The notes under the pieces: generated by a model
The model's database searches: none
Seen by the model: only the letters and a program-made list of their open reading frames with translations
Told to the model about the DNA's origin: nothing
Translations under genes and position numbers: made by a program
Origin: Subdoligranulum variabile
GTDB taxonomy: Bacteria; Bacillota; Clostridia; Oscillospirales; Ruminococcaceae
Direction: 5' to 3'
Assembly (NCBI GenBank): GCA_004554775.1
Contig: SFKI01000010.1
Coordinates: forward strand, 23,184 to 87,183
DNA length: 64,000 nucleotides
Part shown: in pieces, positions 35,821-44,071 of the stretch
Position numbering within the stretch: position 1 is the first letter of the stretch
Layout: each line of letters starts with the position of its first letter

Positions 35821-37143
35821 ATGCAAAATTATTTGGAGCAGGCGTTTGGAAAGGGGGATTGCTCGTCGGTAAGGATGCGGGCGGCGGTGCGGGAGTGGAT
35901 GGATTTATATTACGGCACGCCCCGCAGCGGCGAGGATGACAGCGGCCGTCTGGCTGTGCTGATCGTATCGAAACTATGCCGAACGGTTTTTGCCGAGTAC
36001 GAGCTGCATGGCCGCACGCAGAGCGCGTGGCAAGGGCGTATGTATCTGAACGCCCTGAACGATGTGGCAAAAACCGCGATGCAATATGCTTTAATCGGCG
36101 GCGAATGTCTTTTAAAGGTAATGCGTGACAGGATCGTGCCCATCCGGCGCGACTGCTATCTGCCGCTGGGGCGGGACAGCATGGGCAACCTGACCAGCGT
36201 GGGCATGATGCAGACCTTTTTTGCGGACGGTAAAAAATATGTACTTTTGGAGCGCCGGAGCGATCTGGGCGAGAGTACAAAAATCGAAAACCGGCTGTTT
36301 GAGGTGAGCGGGCAGGCGCTGGGACGCCGCGTGCCGCTGGATACGCTGCCCGCCTGCGCGAACCTTTCCGACGAGTGCATTTTGCGCGGCGTGACCGGGC
36401 TGGGGCTGGGCGTTTTGCGGATGCCGACCGTCAATTGCGTGGACGGCAGCGCCGATCCGGTGAGCATCTACGCGCCTGCCGTGGGCCTGATGCACGCGCT
36501 GGCGCGGTGCGAGGACCAGCTCAACCACGAGTTTTTGAACGGCGCTTCGCGGGTGTTTGCGTCCGAAGATCTGCTGCGTCCCGATGCTTCCGGCCAGCGC
36601 GGACTGCGGGACGACCTGTTTGTCGGCTTGCCCGATGACCCCGCCAACGTGGGCGTGACCGTCTACAGCCCGACCCTGCGCGAGGGCAGCTATCTGGCAC
36701 GCAAGCAGGATATTTTACGCAGCTGCGAGAGTTTGCTCGGCCTGCGGCGCGGCATCCTGAGCGAGACCCAGGCTGAAGCGCAGCCGCGCACTGCGACCGA
36801 GATCGCTGCGACGAGCGTTGACTACGACCTGACCATCCGCAGTTTGCAGCGTGCGTGGCAAGATTGCGTTGACTCGACGCTGCTTGTCTGCGCGGATCTG
36901 GACAGCAGCCTGTACGGCGAAAGCTGGATGCCTGACCCGGTGCAGATCGACTGGGGCGACGGTGTGCTCTACGACCGCGCACGCGTCTGGGCCGAGCAGC
37001 GCGAGATGGTCACGGACGGGCTGCTGCGCCCCGAGATCGCGCTGGCGTGGTACTACAATCTGCCCGCCGAGACCGAGGACGACCTGCGCACCGTGCGCGA
37101 AAAGTACATGCCGACCGCGAAGGGAGGTGAGAACAATGAGTGA
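35821..37143 (+). CDS. Phage portal protein (SPP1 Gp6-like, tentative family)
   Basis: 440 aa, located immediately after terL. An AAAGGAGG RBS is present. Size and position are typical of a portal. Confidence 0.75.
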   Translation: MQNYLEQAFGKGDCSSVRMRAAVREWMDLYYGTPRSGEDDSGRLAVLIVSKLCRTVFAEYELHGRTQSAWQGRMYLNALNDVAKTAMQYALIGGECLLKVMRDRIVPIRRDCYLPLGRDSMGNLTSVGMMQTFFADGKKYVLLERRSDLGESTKIENRLFEVSGQALGRRVPLDTLPACANLSDECILRGVTGLGLGVLRMPTVNCVDGSADPVSIYAPAVGLMHALARCEDQLNHEFLNGASRVFASEDLLRPDASGQRGLRDDLFVGLPDDPANVGVTVYSPTLREGSYLARKQDILRSCESLLGLRRGILSETQAEAQPRTATEIAATSVDYDLTIRSLQRAWQDCVDSTLLVCADLDSSLYGESWMPDPVQIDWGDGVLYDRARVWAEQREMVTDGLLRPEIALAWYYNLPAETEDDLRTVREKYMPTAKGGENNE

Positions 37144-37312
37144 AGAAAAACTGGACAGGAAGCCCGAGGCCGCGCCCTATGCGGCCGGGACCGGCAGCGT
37201 GCCCGTGGAGCCTGACCGCGCGGCCTTTGAGCGGATGAGCTACCGTGAGCGGGTGGCGTTCAAGCGCGAGGACCCGCAGGGGTATGCCCTGCTGCGGGCG
37301 GCGCTTGGCTGA
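37136..37312 (+). CDS. Small phage protein (58 aa) between portal and capsid
   Basis: An AGGGAGGTGAG RBS is present and the ATG lies at 37136. The product is MSEEKLDRKPEAAPYAAGTGSVPVEPDRAAFERMSYRERVAFKREDPQGYALLRAALG. It occupies the slot normally taken by a scaffold or protease. Confidence 0.5.
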   Translation: MSEEKLDRKPEAAPYAAGTGSVPVEPDRAAFERMSYRERVAFKREDPQGYALLRAALG

Positions 37313-37387
37313 GCGCGGCGCCCCTGCTGACAACACACAAAACCGAACGAAATCACAAAAAACGCAAACAAGAAAGGACAAACAACC

Positions 37388-38242
37388 ATGGCAGATTTTA
37401 TTACCAAGCTTTCCGCTATGATCGACCCTGAAGTGATGGCAGACATGGTGTCTGCGCGGATTCCGAAAAAATTGCGCGTAGCACCGTTTGCTAAAATCGA
37501 CGACACCCTCGCGGGCGTGCCGGGCGATACCATCACCGTGCCCGCGTACACCTACATCGGCGATGCCGCAGATGTGGCCGAGGGCGGCGAAGTGGCCATT
37601 GAAAAGATGACTACTTCCACCCGCAAGGCCACCATCAAAAAGGCCATGAAGGGCATCGGCCTGACCGACGAAGCCGTGCTGTCCGGCTACGGCAACCCCG
37701 TGGGCGAGGCCAACACCCAGCTGGCGCTGGCCATCGCTGCCAAGATCGACAGCGACTGCATGGACGCCCTGCAGACTGCCAGCCTGATTTACGATGGTAC
37801 GGCAAAAACCATCAGCTACGACGCCATCGTCGATGCCGTTGACTTGTTCGAGGACGAGATGGGGTGCAGCGAAAAGGTCATGTTCATCCACCCCAAACAG
37901 GTCACGCAGCTGCGCAAAAATCCCGATTTCCTGAGCGCTGACAAGTACACGCCCGGCGTTGCGCTGACCGGCGAGATCGGCATGATCGCGGGCTGCCGCC
38001 TGGTGCCTAGCAAAAAAGTGCCGCTGGATGGTGGAATTTACGCCTGCCCGATCGTCAAGCTCGAGGACGACCCCGAGGTCGACGACGAGATCCCGGCACT
38101 GACCATCTACCGCAAGCGCGAGGTCAACATCGAGACCGAACGCAAGCCCAAGACCCGCACCACCGAGATCACCGCCGACGAATTTTACGTGGCGGTGCTG
38201 TCTAACGAGGCAAAGGTGGTGCTGGCCAAGTTCAAGGCATAA
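37388..38242 (+). CDS. Putative major capsid protein (284 aa)
   Basis: Position after the portal, and an abundant-structural-protein composition. The N-terminus MADFITKLSAMIDPEVMADMV...TITVPAYTYIGDAADVAEGGE resembles the N4-gp56/P22-fold-like small capsid family (tentative). Confidence 0.7.
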   Translation: MADFITKLSAMIDPEVMADMVSARIPKKLRVAPFAKIDDTLAGVPGDTITVPAYTYIGDAADVAEGGEVAIEKMTTSTRKATIKKAMKGIGLTDEAVLSGYGNPVGEANTQLALAIAAKIDSDCMDALQTASLIYDGTAKTISYDAIVDAVDLFEDEMGCSEKVMFIHPKQVTQLRKNPDFLSADKYTPGVALTGEIGMIAGCRLVPSKKVPLDGGIYACPIVKLEDDPEVDDEIPALTIYRKREVNIETERKPKTRTTEITADEFYVAVLSNEAKVVLAKFKA

Positions 38243-38255
38243 GGAGGTTGCAACA

Positions 38256-38624
38256 GTGCCGGATTATCGTTACTACGTTGAAAATTATCTGGGCGAGGAC
38301 ATCCCGGAGGGGGACTTTCCGCGATTGATCCGGCGTGCGCAGGCGGAGCTTGCCCGCATGCGGGACGTTTACGCCGTGACGCCCCGCCCCGGCCTGGACC
38401 CTACCGAGGCCAACGCCATGGCGGCGTGCGCCGTCGCCGATGCGATGTACGAGTTTGACCAGGAGGACGCCGCGCGCGGCCTGACCAAAGTGACCGTGGG
38501 CAGCGTGAGCGAGACCTACGCCGCCCCGCCCGAGCTGTGCCCCGCCACGGTGGCCCTGCGCGCCGCGCACTACCGCCACGAGGCGGGCTACTACTTACAG
38601 ATCGGGCGGTGGGTGCATGGTTAA
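38256..38624 (+). CDS. Putative head-tail connector/adaptor protein
   Basis: GTG start 8 nt after an AAGGAGG RBS. The product is 122 aa and sits after the capsid gene. Confidence 0.55.
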   Translation: MPDYRYYVENYLGEDIPEGDFPRLIRRAQAELARMRDVYAVTPRPGLDPTEANAMAACAVADAMYEFDQEDAARGLTKVTVGSVSETYAAPPELCPATVALRAAHYRHEAGYYLQIGRWVHG

Positions 38625-39027
38625 GCGCGGCTTGTACGGCCAGACGGTGACGGTTTACCACCCGGTTGCAGCGAAAAAGCGCGTTGACAGGTTTGTTTTG
38701 CACGAGGTGTTCTGCCAGCTCGGCAGCCGCGAGGTGCCCGACGCAGCCGGTGCCAAGCGCGGCGCGGCGATGCTGCTGGTGGTGCCGGAGACGGAACGGA
38801 CGCGGTTTGGAAACGGGTACAAGCTGGCGGCGGGGGATAGGGTCCTGCTGGGCGACGGCCCCGAGGTGGCCTGGGCCGACTGGGGCGGATTCGTACCGGC
38901 CGAGGTGGACGGCTTGGGCGTAATTACCTACGTGCTGCCGTTATATTTGCGGGGCGGGCTGCATCATGTGGAGGCTGGGGCCTGGTGGAGCGCCGGCGGC
39001 GCGGGAGCGGGGAGATTGGCGAGATGA
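38617..39027 (+). CDS. Putative head closure protein
   Basis: 136 aa. The gene overlaps the upstream gene by 8 nt. Assignment rests on position in the module. Confidence 0.5.
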   Translation: MVKRGLYGQTVTVYHPVAAKKRVDRFVLHEVFCQLGSREVPDAAGAKRGAAMLLVVPETERTRFGNGYKLAAGDRVLLGDGPEVAWADWGGFVPAEVDGLGVITYVLPLYLRGGLHHVEAGAWWSAGGAGAGRLAR

Positions 39028-39039
39028 GTGCGGTGTTGC

Positions 39040-39235
39040 CTTAACGCCTTTGCGCCCTCTTCCACATTGACCCCTCCGGGGCCAAAATTTTTGGTACGTA
39101 GGGGCGGATTCTATATCCGCCCGGGGAGTTTTACGGTAATGCGAGATTGCCCGGGCGAACAATGTTCGCCCCTACACGGGTTTAATGGCTCCCCCTCGAG
39201 GAGAGCCACAGTTTGTCAAAAAACCATTTTCCCCT
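39040..39235. repeat. Mosaic repeat block M12, inside the head-tail joining gene set
   Basis: A y module is followed by a class-A GTAG-hairpin at 39098-39122 (+), a class-B one at 39153-39175 (-) and a w hairpin. Confidence 0.85.
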
Positions 39236-39331
39236 ACGTCCCTTTTGCCGTGAGTGACGCAGGGTGGCGGACCCTGAAAACGCGAACGTAACGCAACCAT
39301 AAAGCAACCACAAAAACGAAAGGACAACCAA

Positions 39332-39760
39332 ATGCTGGAAGAAATGCTGAACTTTTTGGCCCGTGCCCCCACCCTGGGGGACATCCCCCTCGCGTGGTCG
39401 CAGGGCGGGCCGCGGCCGGGCACGGGCGGGCTGTACCTGCGCGGGGTCAAGATCCTGCAAAGCAAAACAGACCTGTTGGGACGTCAAAAACAACGCTGCC
39501 GTGCTGAATTTTTGCTGCGTCTCTGCCTGCCTTTACCGGCGGGCGACGGCGAAACGGCCCTTGCCAACGCGCAGCGGCTGGCGGGCCTGCAAGCGTGGGT
39601 CGCCGCCGAAAGCGCCGCAGGCCGCGCACCCCGGCTGGGCAACTGCGAGCCTGTCACCGAGCAGCTGCGCACCGACGGCGGCCAGCTGGACCGCGCCGAC
39701 CCGGGCGGCACCGCGCTGTACAGCATCCGCGTGCTGGCTGAATACACAATACAATATTGA
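39332..39760 (+). CDS. Putative tail completion / minor capsid-type protein
   Basis: 142 aa. Assignment rests on its position between the connector genes and the major tail gene. Confidence 0.5.
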   Translation: MLEEMLNFLARAPTLGDIPLAWSQGGPRPGTGGLYLRGVKILQSKTDLLGRQKQRCRAEFLLRLCLPLPAGDGETALANAQRLAGLQAWVAAESAAGRAPRLGNCEPVTEQLRTDGGQLDRADPGGTALYSIRVLAEYTIQY

Positions 39761-39778
39761 CACGAAAAGGAGCAAAAC

Positions 39779-40252
39779 ATGAAAATTGAACGTAGATACA
39801 TGGCTCATTACCTCAACGCTGGCTTTGGCGGCGAAGAAAATTACTGCCGACTGGGCGCCGACCTTGAGGAATACAGCCCCGAGCTGACCGCCAACGTTGA
39901 GAAAAAATCCAACATCCTCGGCCAGACGTCCGTCACCATCGACGGCTACCAGAAGCAGGGCGAGGTCAGCCCCTACTACGCCGAGGCCGGCGACCCGCTG
40001 TTTGAAAAATTGCAGGCTATCATCGACGGCGATCTGGTGCTCGACGACCTGAAAACCGACATCGTCGAGGTCAAGCTTTGGGGCGAGACCGCCGACGACA
40101 GCTACCCCGCCGTGCGCGAGGAGTGCTACGTCGAGATCGTCAGCTACGGCGGCGACACCACCGGCTACCAGATCCCGTTCAACGTCCATTACACCGGCGT
40201 GAAGCGTAAGGGAAAATTTGACATTAAGACGAAGAATTTCACCGCTGAATGA
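39779..40252 (+). CDS. Putative major tail protein
   Basis: 157 aa with an AAAGGAG RBS. It lies immediately upstream of the chaperone, Gp15 and tape measure genes. Confidence 0.65.
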   Translation: MKIERRYMAHYLNAGFGGEENYCRLGADLEEYSPELTANVEKKSNILGQTSVTIDGYQKQGEVSPYYAEAGDPLFEKLQAIIDGDLVLDDLKTDIVEVKLWGETADDSYPAVREECYVEIVSYGGDTTGYQIPFNVHYTGVKRKGKFDIKTKNFTAE

Positions 40253-40282
40253 CGCCCGCCGTTTACGAGAAAGGAGCAAAAA

Positions 40283-40741
40283 ATGCAAAACCTGGCCATT
40301 GATACCGGCATGAAGGAATATCTCATCAACAACCGCGCGGTGCTGCGCTTCAACCCCGGCGACCCGAACCTGTACCACCGGTTTTTCGCCGCCGCGCCGC
40401 AGCTGGACACGCTGGATGCCGAGCTGACCGAAAAGCTGAAGGCCCTGCCCGCAGAGCCTGACCCCGCCCGCGCTGAGCAGGGGCTTGCGCTGCTGAACGA
40501 CTACGACCGCCGCATCAAGGCACTGCTGACCGAGATCTTCGGGGCGGAAAACGACTTTGATAAGGTGCTGGAGGGTGTGAACCTGGCGGGCACCGGGGCC
40601 AACGGCAAGCGCGTGGTGCAGAACCTTTTGGACGCGCTGACGCCGATTTTGCAGGACGGCGCCGCGCAGCATCTGCAAAGCACCGCCGCTGCCGCCCGCG
40701 CCGAAGCCGACGCGGCCCGTGCGGCCCGGGGCGAGGTATGA
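40283..40741 (+). CDS. Putative tail assembly chaperone
   Basis: 152 aa with a GAAAGGAG RBS. It occupies the slot before Gp15 and the tape measure gene. Confidence 0.55.
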   Translation: MQNLAIDTGMKEYLINNRAVLRFNPGDPNLYHRFFAAAPQLDTLDAELTEKLKALPAEPDPARAEQGLALLNDYDRRIKALLTEIFGAENDFDKVLEGVNLAGTGANGKRVVQNLLDALTPILQDGAAQHLQSTAAAARAEADAARAARGEV

Positions 40742-41328
40742 CGCCGGACCTTTGGGCGCTGCCCGAGACTGTGCGGTTTGCGGGGCGGGCCTGGCGGGTG
40801 CGGAGTGACTTCCGGGATGTGCTGGCCCTGCTGCGCTGGCTGGACGGCTCGGCTGACCCTGCACTGACCGAGAGCGAGCGCTGGTATGTGGCGCTGGCAT
40901 TGTTCTACCAGGATTTTGGTTGCATACCGCCGGAAAATTACCGCGAAGCCTGTGAGCAGATGGCAACATTTATACAGGCGGGCCGCCCCGATGCCGGGCC
41001 GTTTGCACCCCGCCTGATGGACTGGCAGCAGGACGCGGCGCTGATCGCAGCGGGGGTGGCGCGTGCGGCCGGACAGGACCTGCGCGCGCTGCCGCACCTG
41101 CACTGGTGGAGCTTTTTGGGCTGGTTTGACAGCATCGCCGACGGGCCGTTTGCCACGGTGGTGGCCCTGCGGGACAAGCTGCGGCGCGGCAAAAAGCTGG
41201 AGCCGTGGGAGCGCGACTACTACCGCGCCCACCGCGCCGAGGTGGACCTGCACCGCCCGGCCAGCCCCGAGGTGGACGCAGAAAAACAACGGCTGCTCGC
41301 ACTTTTAAACGACAAGGAGAGGGGATGA
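40738..41328 (+). CDS. Phage Gp15-family protein
   Basis: ...VRSDFRDVLALLRWL...ERWYVALALFY...DWQQDAALIAAGV...LHWWSFLGWFDSI resembles the bacteriophage Gp15 family (PF06854). The ATGA start overlaps the upstream gene. Confidence 0.7.
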   Translation: MTPDLWALPETVRFAGRAWRVRSDFRDVLALLRWLDGSADPALTESERWYVALALFYQDFGCIPPENYREACEQMATFIQAGRPDAGPFAPRLMDWQQDAALIAAGVARAAGQDLRALPHLHWWSFLGWFDSIADGPFATVVALRDKLRRGKKLEPWERDYYRAHRAEVDLHRPASPEVDAEKQRLLALLNDKERG

Positions 41329-41332
41329 GGGG

Positions 41333-43000
41333 ATGGAAACGATTGCGTTTGACGAGCTTTCGACGCTGGAGGTGCCCAGTGCGGCGCTGCGAAGCAGTCT
41401 TGGAAAAATTGCCTCGGCACTGGCAAAGGTGGGCACGGCAGGCACCGACGCCCGCACCGCCGTGGACGAGCTGCGCACGAGCCTGTGCGCGGCTGCGGCC
41501 CAAAGCGTGAAGAGCGCCCGCACGCTGGCAAAATTTGACGAGATCAACCGGCTGGCCGCGCCTGCCGCCGAGAAAGCGACGCCAAAAACAAACGCTGCTG
41601 CGAACAAAACGGGCGGCAGAACGCGCAAGACCGGCAGCAGCCGCAGCAAGGCCAAGGCTGACGGGGAAGTTGGCATCTGGCAGGCGGCGCTGCAAACGCT
41701 GCGCAATGCGTGGGATGGATTTTGGTTGTATCTGCAAAGCTACTACGGCCCGGCCATTGCGGCGTGGCAGGCCGCGTGGGAGCAGATCAAACAAACGGCG
41801 CTGGCCGTGTGGGAGCCGGTGCGCGCGGCGGCGCTGGAGCTTTGGAACGGCGCGCTGCAGCCGCTGGCCGATTTCCTGCTGACGGTGTTTTTGCCCGGGG
41901 TAGCCAACAGTTTTTCGCAGGCTTTTGCCCCGATTTTGGGCGGAACCATCAGCGCAGCCATGACAATTTTGGGCAACCTTTTTGTGTGGCTCTGCGGCCT
42001 GGTGGGGGAGCTGGTCAACACCGTGGTGCAGCCCGCGCTGGCCCTGCTGCTGCAAATCTGGCAGGGCGTGATGGACGGCATCGCGGCGGCGTGGCAGACC
42101 TACGGGCAGCCGATCCTGGATGGGCTGGTGCAGGCGTTTCAGGGCCTGACCGGGCTGCTGACCGCCCTGTGGCAAACGGTGCTGCAGCCCGTTTTAACGG
42201 ACTTGATCTCGCTCATCGGCACGCTGTGGAGCGAGCACCTGCAGCCCCTGTGGCAGCAGGTCACGCTGGCGCTGGGCGCGGTGATGAACCTGGTGCTGAC
42301 CGTCTGGAACACGGTGTTCATGCCGCTGGCGACCTGGCTTGTTACCACACTGGGGCCGGTGGCAGCACAAGTATTTAACGGTGTTGCGTCTGTTGCTGGC
42401 GTGGCGTTTGGTCTGGTGGCCGATGCTGTCAATATCGGGCTGACGATTTTGCAGGGGCTGGCGGACTTTTTGACCGCCGTCTTGCAGGGCCGATGGGCCA
42501 CAGCCTGGAACACAATGGCCGCCACGGTGACAGCCGTTTGGGGCAAAATTACTTCGACGATTCAAAGCGCGGTCAGCGGGATCTTGTCGGTCGTGCGCGG
42601 CATGGTCAGCGGCATCCAGAGCGCCATCAACGGCCTGCTGGCGGGCATCGGTTCGGTGCGCAGCGCGGCGGGCGGGGCGCTTCGCTCGCTGGCAAATCAC
42701 AGCCTGACGCGGGGCCTGCCTATGGTGGCAGGGCTTGAAGATCTGCCTGTTCCGGCCTTGGCGCAGGGCGCGGTCATCCCGCCCAATCGCAAGTTTCTTG
42801 CGCTGCTTGGCGACCAGGGCGCGGGCACCAACGTCGAAGCACCGCTGAGCACCATCCGGCAGGCGATGGCCGAGGTTTTGTCCGGCTGGAACAGCTCTGG
42901 CGACGGCCAGCCCATCAACGTTTACATCGGCGAAGAACTGCTGGACAGCGTCATCGCCAACAGCGAACGGCGGCGCAGCCTGCGCAGCGGCGGGAGGTGA
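41333..43000 (+). CDS. Tail tape measure protein (555 aa)
   Basis: The product is long, Ala/Leu/Gln-rich and helical with W/L periodic repeats (AAWQAAWEQIKQTALAVWEP...). Its position in the module fits. Confidence 0.8.
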   Translation: METIAFDELSTLEVPSAALRSSLGKIASALAKVGTAGTDARTAVDELRTSLCAAAAQSVKSARTLAKFDEINRLAAPAAEKATPKTNAAANKTGGRTRKTGSSRSKAKADGEVGIWQAALQTLRNAWDGFWLYLQSYYGPAIAAWQAAWEQIKQTALAVWEPVRAAALELWNGALQPLADFLLTVFLPGVANSFSQAFAPILGGTISAAMTILGNLFVWLCGLVGELVNTVVQPALALLLQIWQGVMDGIAAAWQTYGQPILDGLVQAFQGLTGLLTALWQTVLQPVLTDLISLIGTLWSEHLQPLWQQVTLALGAVMNLVLTVWNTVFMPLATWLVTTLGPVAAQVFNGVASVAGVAFGLVADAVNIGLTILQGLADFLTAVLQGRWATAWNTMAATVTAVWGKITSTIQSAVSGILSVVRGMVSGIQSAINGLLAGIGSVRSAAGGALRSLANHSLTRGLPMVAGLEDLPVPALAQGAVIPPNRKFLALLGDQGAGTNVEAPLSTIRQAMAEVLSGWNSSGDGQPINVYIGEELLDSVIANSERRRSLRSGGR

Positions 43001-43353
43001 AGAACATGGACATTTTGCTCATTGACGGCGTGGCGCTGCCCGCCCCGAACGAGTACAAGGTGCAGCTTTCCGACCTGGACAGCAGCGACACCGGCCGCAC
43101 CGAGGACGGCGTGATGCTGCGCAACCGCGTGCGGGAGGGCATCGCCAAGATCTCTGCCAGCTGGGCGGCGCTTTCCACCGCCGATTGCGCACGGATTTTG
43201 AACGCTGTAACGCCGGATAGTTTCGAGGTTGCCTACTTTTTCGGCGCCATGCGCACCGCAAGGATGTACGCGGGCGACCGCACCGCCAACCTGAAAGCCG
43301 CCCGTGAGGGGCAGGCCGTATGGGAGGTGGCGGTGGATTTGATTGAGTTTTGA
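42997..43353 (+). CDS. Small distal-tail-position protein (118 aa)
   Basis: The gene overlaps the tape measure stop and occupies the Dit slot. The family is uncertain. Confidence 0.5.
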   Translation: MKNMDILLIDGVALPAPNEYKVQLSDLDSSDTGRTEDGVMLRNRVREGIAKISASWAALSTADCARILNAVTPDSFEVAYFFGAMRTARMYAGDRTANLKAAREGQAVWEVAVDLIEF

Positions 43354-43369
43354 TTTTGTTTATGCCTGG

Positions 43370-44020
43370 CCGGGAGTCACCACCTTGCGGTGACTCCCTT
43401 TTTTAGTGGGTTTCTACCCGCTGTGTGTTCCTTTTGGAACCCCAAAAGGAACCGAAAAGGGTCCCGCTACTTCCGATAGCGCGCGCTTGGCGGCGCACAA
43501 CGAGCGCCGCCATCCCGCAAAGCGGGCCCGCTCGTGTGCTTCAAAGCCCCGCTGGGGCTTTGATCGCTGCGCGACCGCACAGCAGCCCGGCCCAGGGGAT
43601 TGCGGGGTTGCGAGCAAGGGGCCACGGTTGAGCGCAGCGAAACCGGGGAGCGAGCAATGTTCGCCCCAGCGGGGCGAATAACCGCACGAGCGAGTTTGCG
43701 CAGCAAACTGGCGGCGCTCGTTGTGCGCCGCCAAGCGCTCGCCCCTGGGAACCCCAAAGATGTGGTCGAGAAAGCAAAAAGCTAAAACGTGCAGGAGTGC
43801 TGCACGTTTCTTAACGCTTTTTGCTTCCTCTCCGTTTGACCCCTCCGGGGCCAAAAGAAACTCTATGGGGGTAGAGGGTGGCTCCCCTTGAGGGGAGCCT
43901 TTAAAACCGTGTAGGGGCGGGCAATGCTCGCCCGCAAGAATCCCACGTCACTGCCAAACTCTACGGGCGGATATAGAATCCGCCCCTACAGCCCACTTGT
44001 CCCCGCAGGGTGGGGACAAC
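43370..44020. repeat. Mosaic repeat block M13: long-form element of about 650 bp bounded by inverted T hairpins
   Basis: Left T: GGGAGTCACC-ACCTTGC-GGTGACTCCC (43372-43398) plus a T-run. D follows, then two F modules (inverted relative to each other, about 43485-43745), then C, y and w. A class-B GTAG-hairpin lies at 43911-43933 (+) and a class-A one at 43965-43989 (-). Right T: TTGTCCCC-GCAGGGT-GGGGACAA (about 43995-44017). Confidence 0.88.
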
Positions 44021-44071
44021 CGGTTAAGGCGCGAACATTGCCATCAAAAACGAAAGGAGCATCACCCCCAA

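Noticed and set aside
40700-40760. A programmed -1 frameshift joining the tail chaperone ORF to the next ORF, the G/GT paradigm upstream of tape measure genes.
   Set aside because: No convincing slippery heptamer (XXXYYYZ) was seen near the 3' end of 40283-40741. The next ORF has its own ATG in an ATGA overlap and matches the independent Gp15 family.
43414-43854. ORFs that recur with similar peptides inside the repeat blocks. One example is MAPEGSNGEEAKSVKKRAALLHVLAFCF...GERLAAHNERRQFAAQTRSCGYSPRWG at 19676-19924, 33862-34107 and 43414-43854. Another is GRCHLAATPFFSGQLPVSLPFWTPKKEAKKVPA at 22354-22593 and 25995-26177.
   Set aside because: They are translations of hairpin modules (C, F, D, T) that occur in both orientations and in truncated forms. 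They have no RBS or consistent start/stop. Similarity is explained at the DNA level by the mosaic elements.
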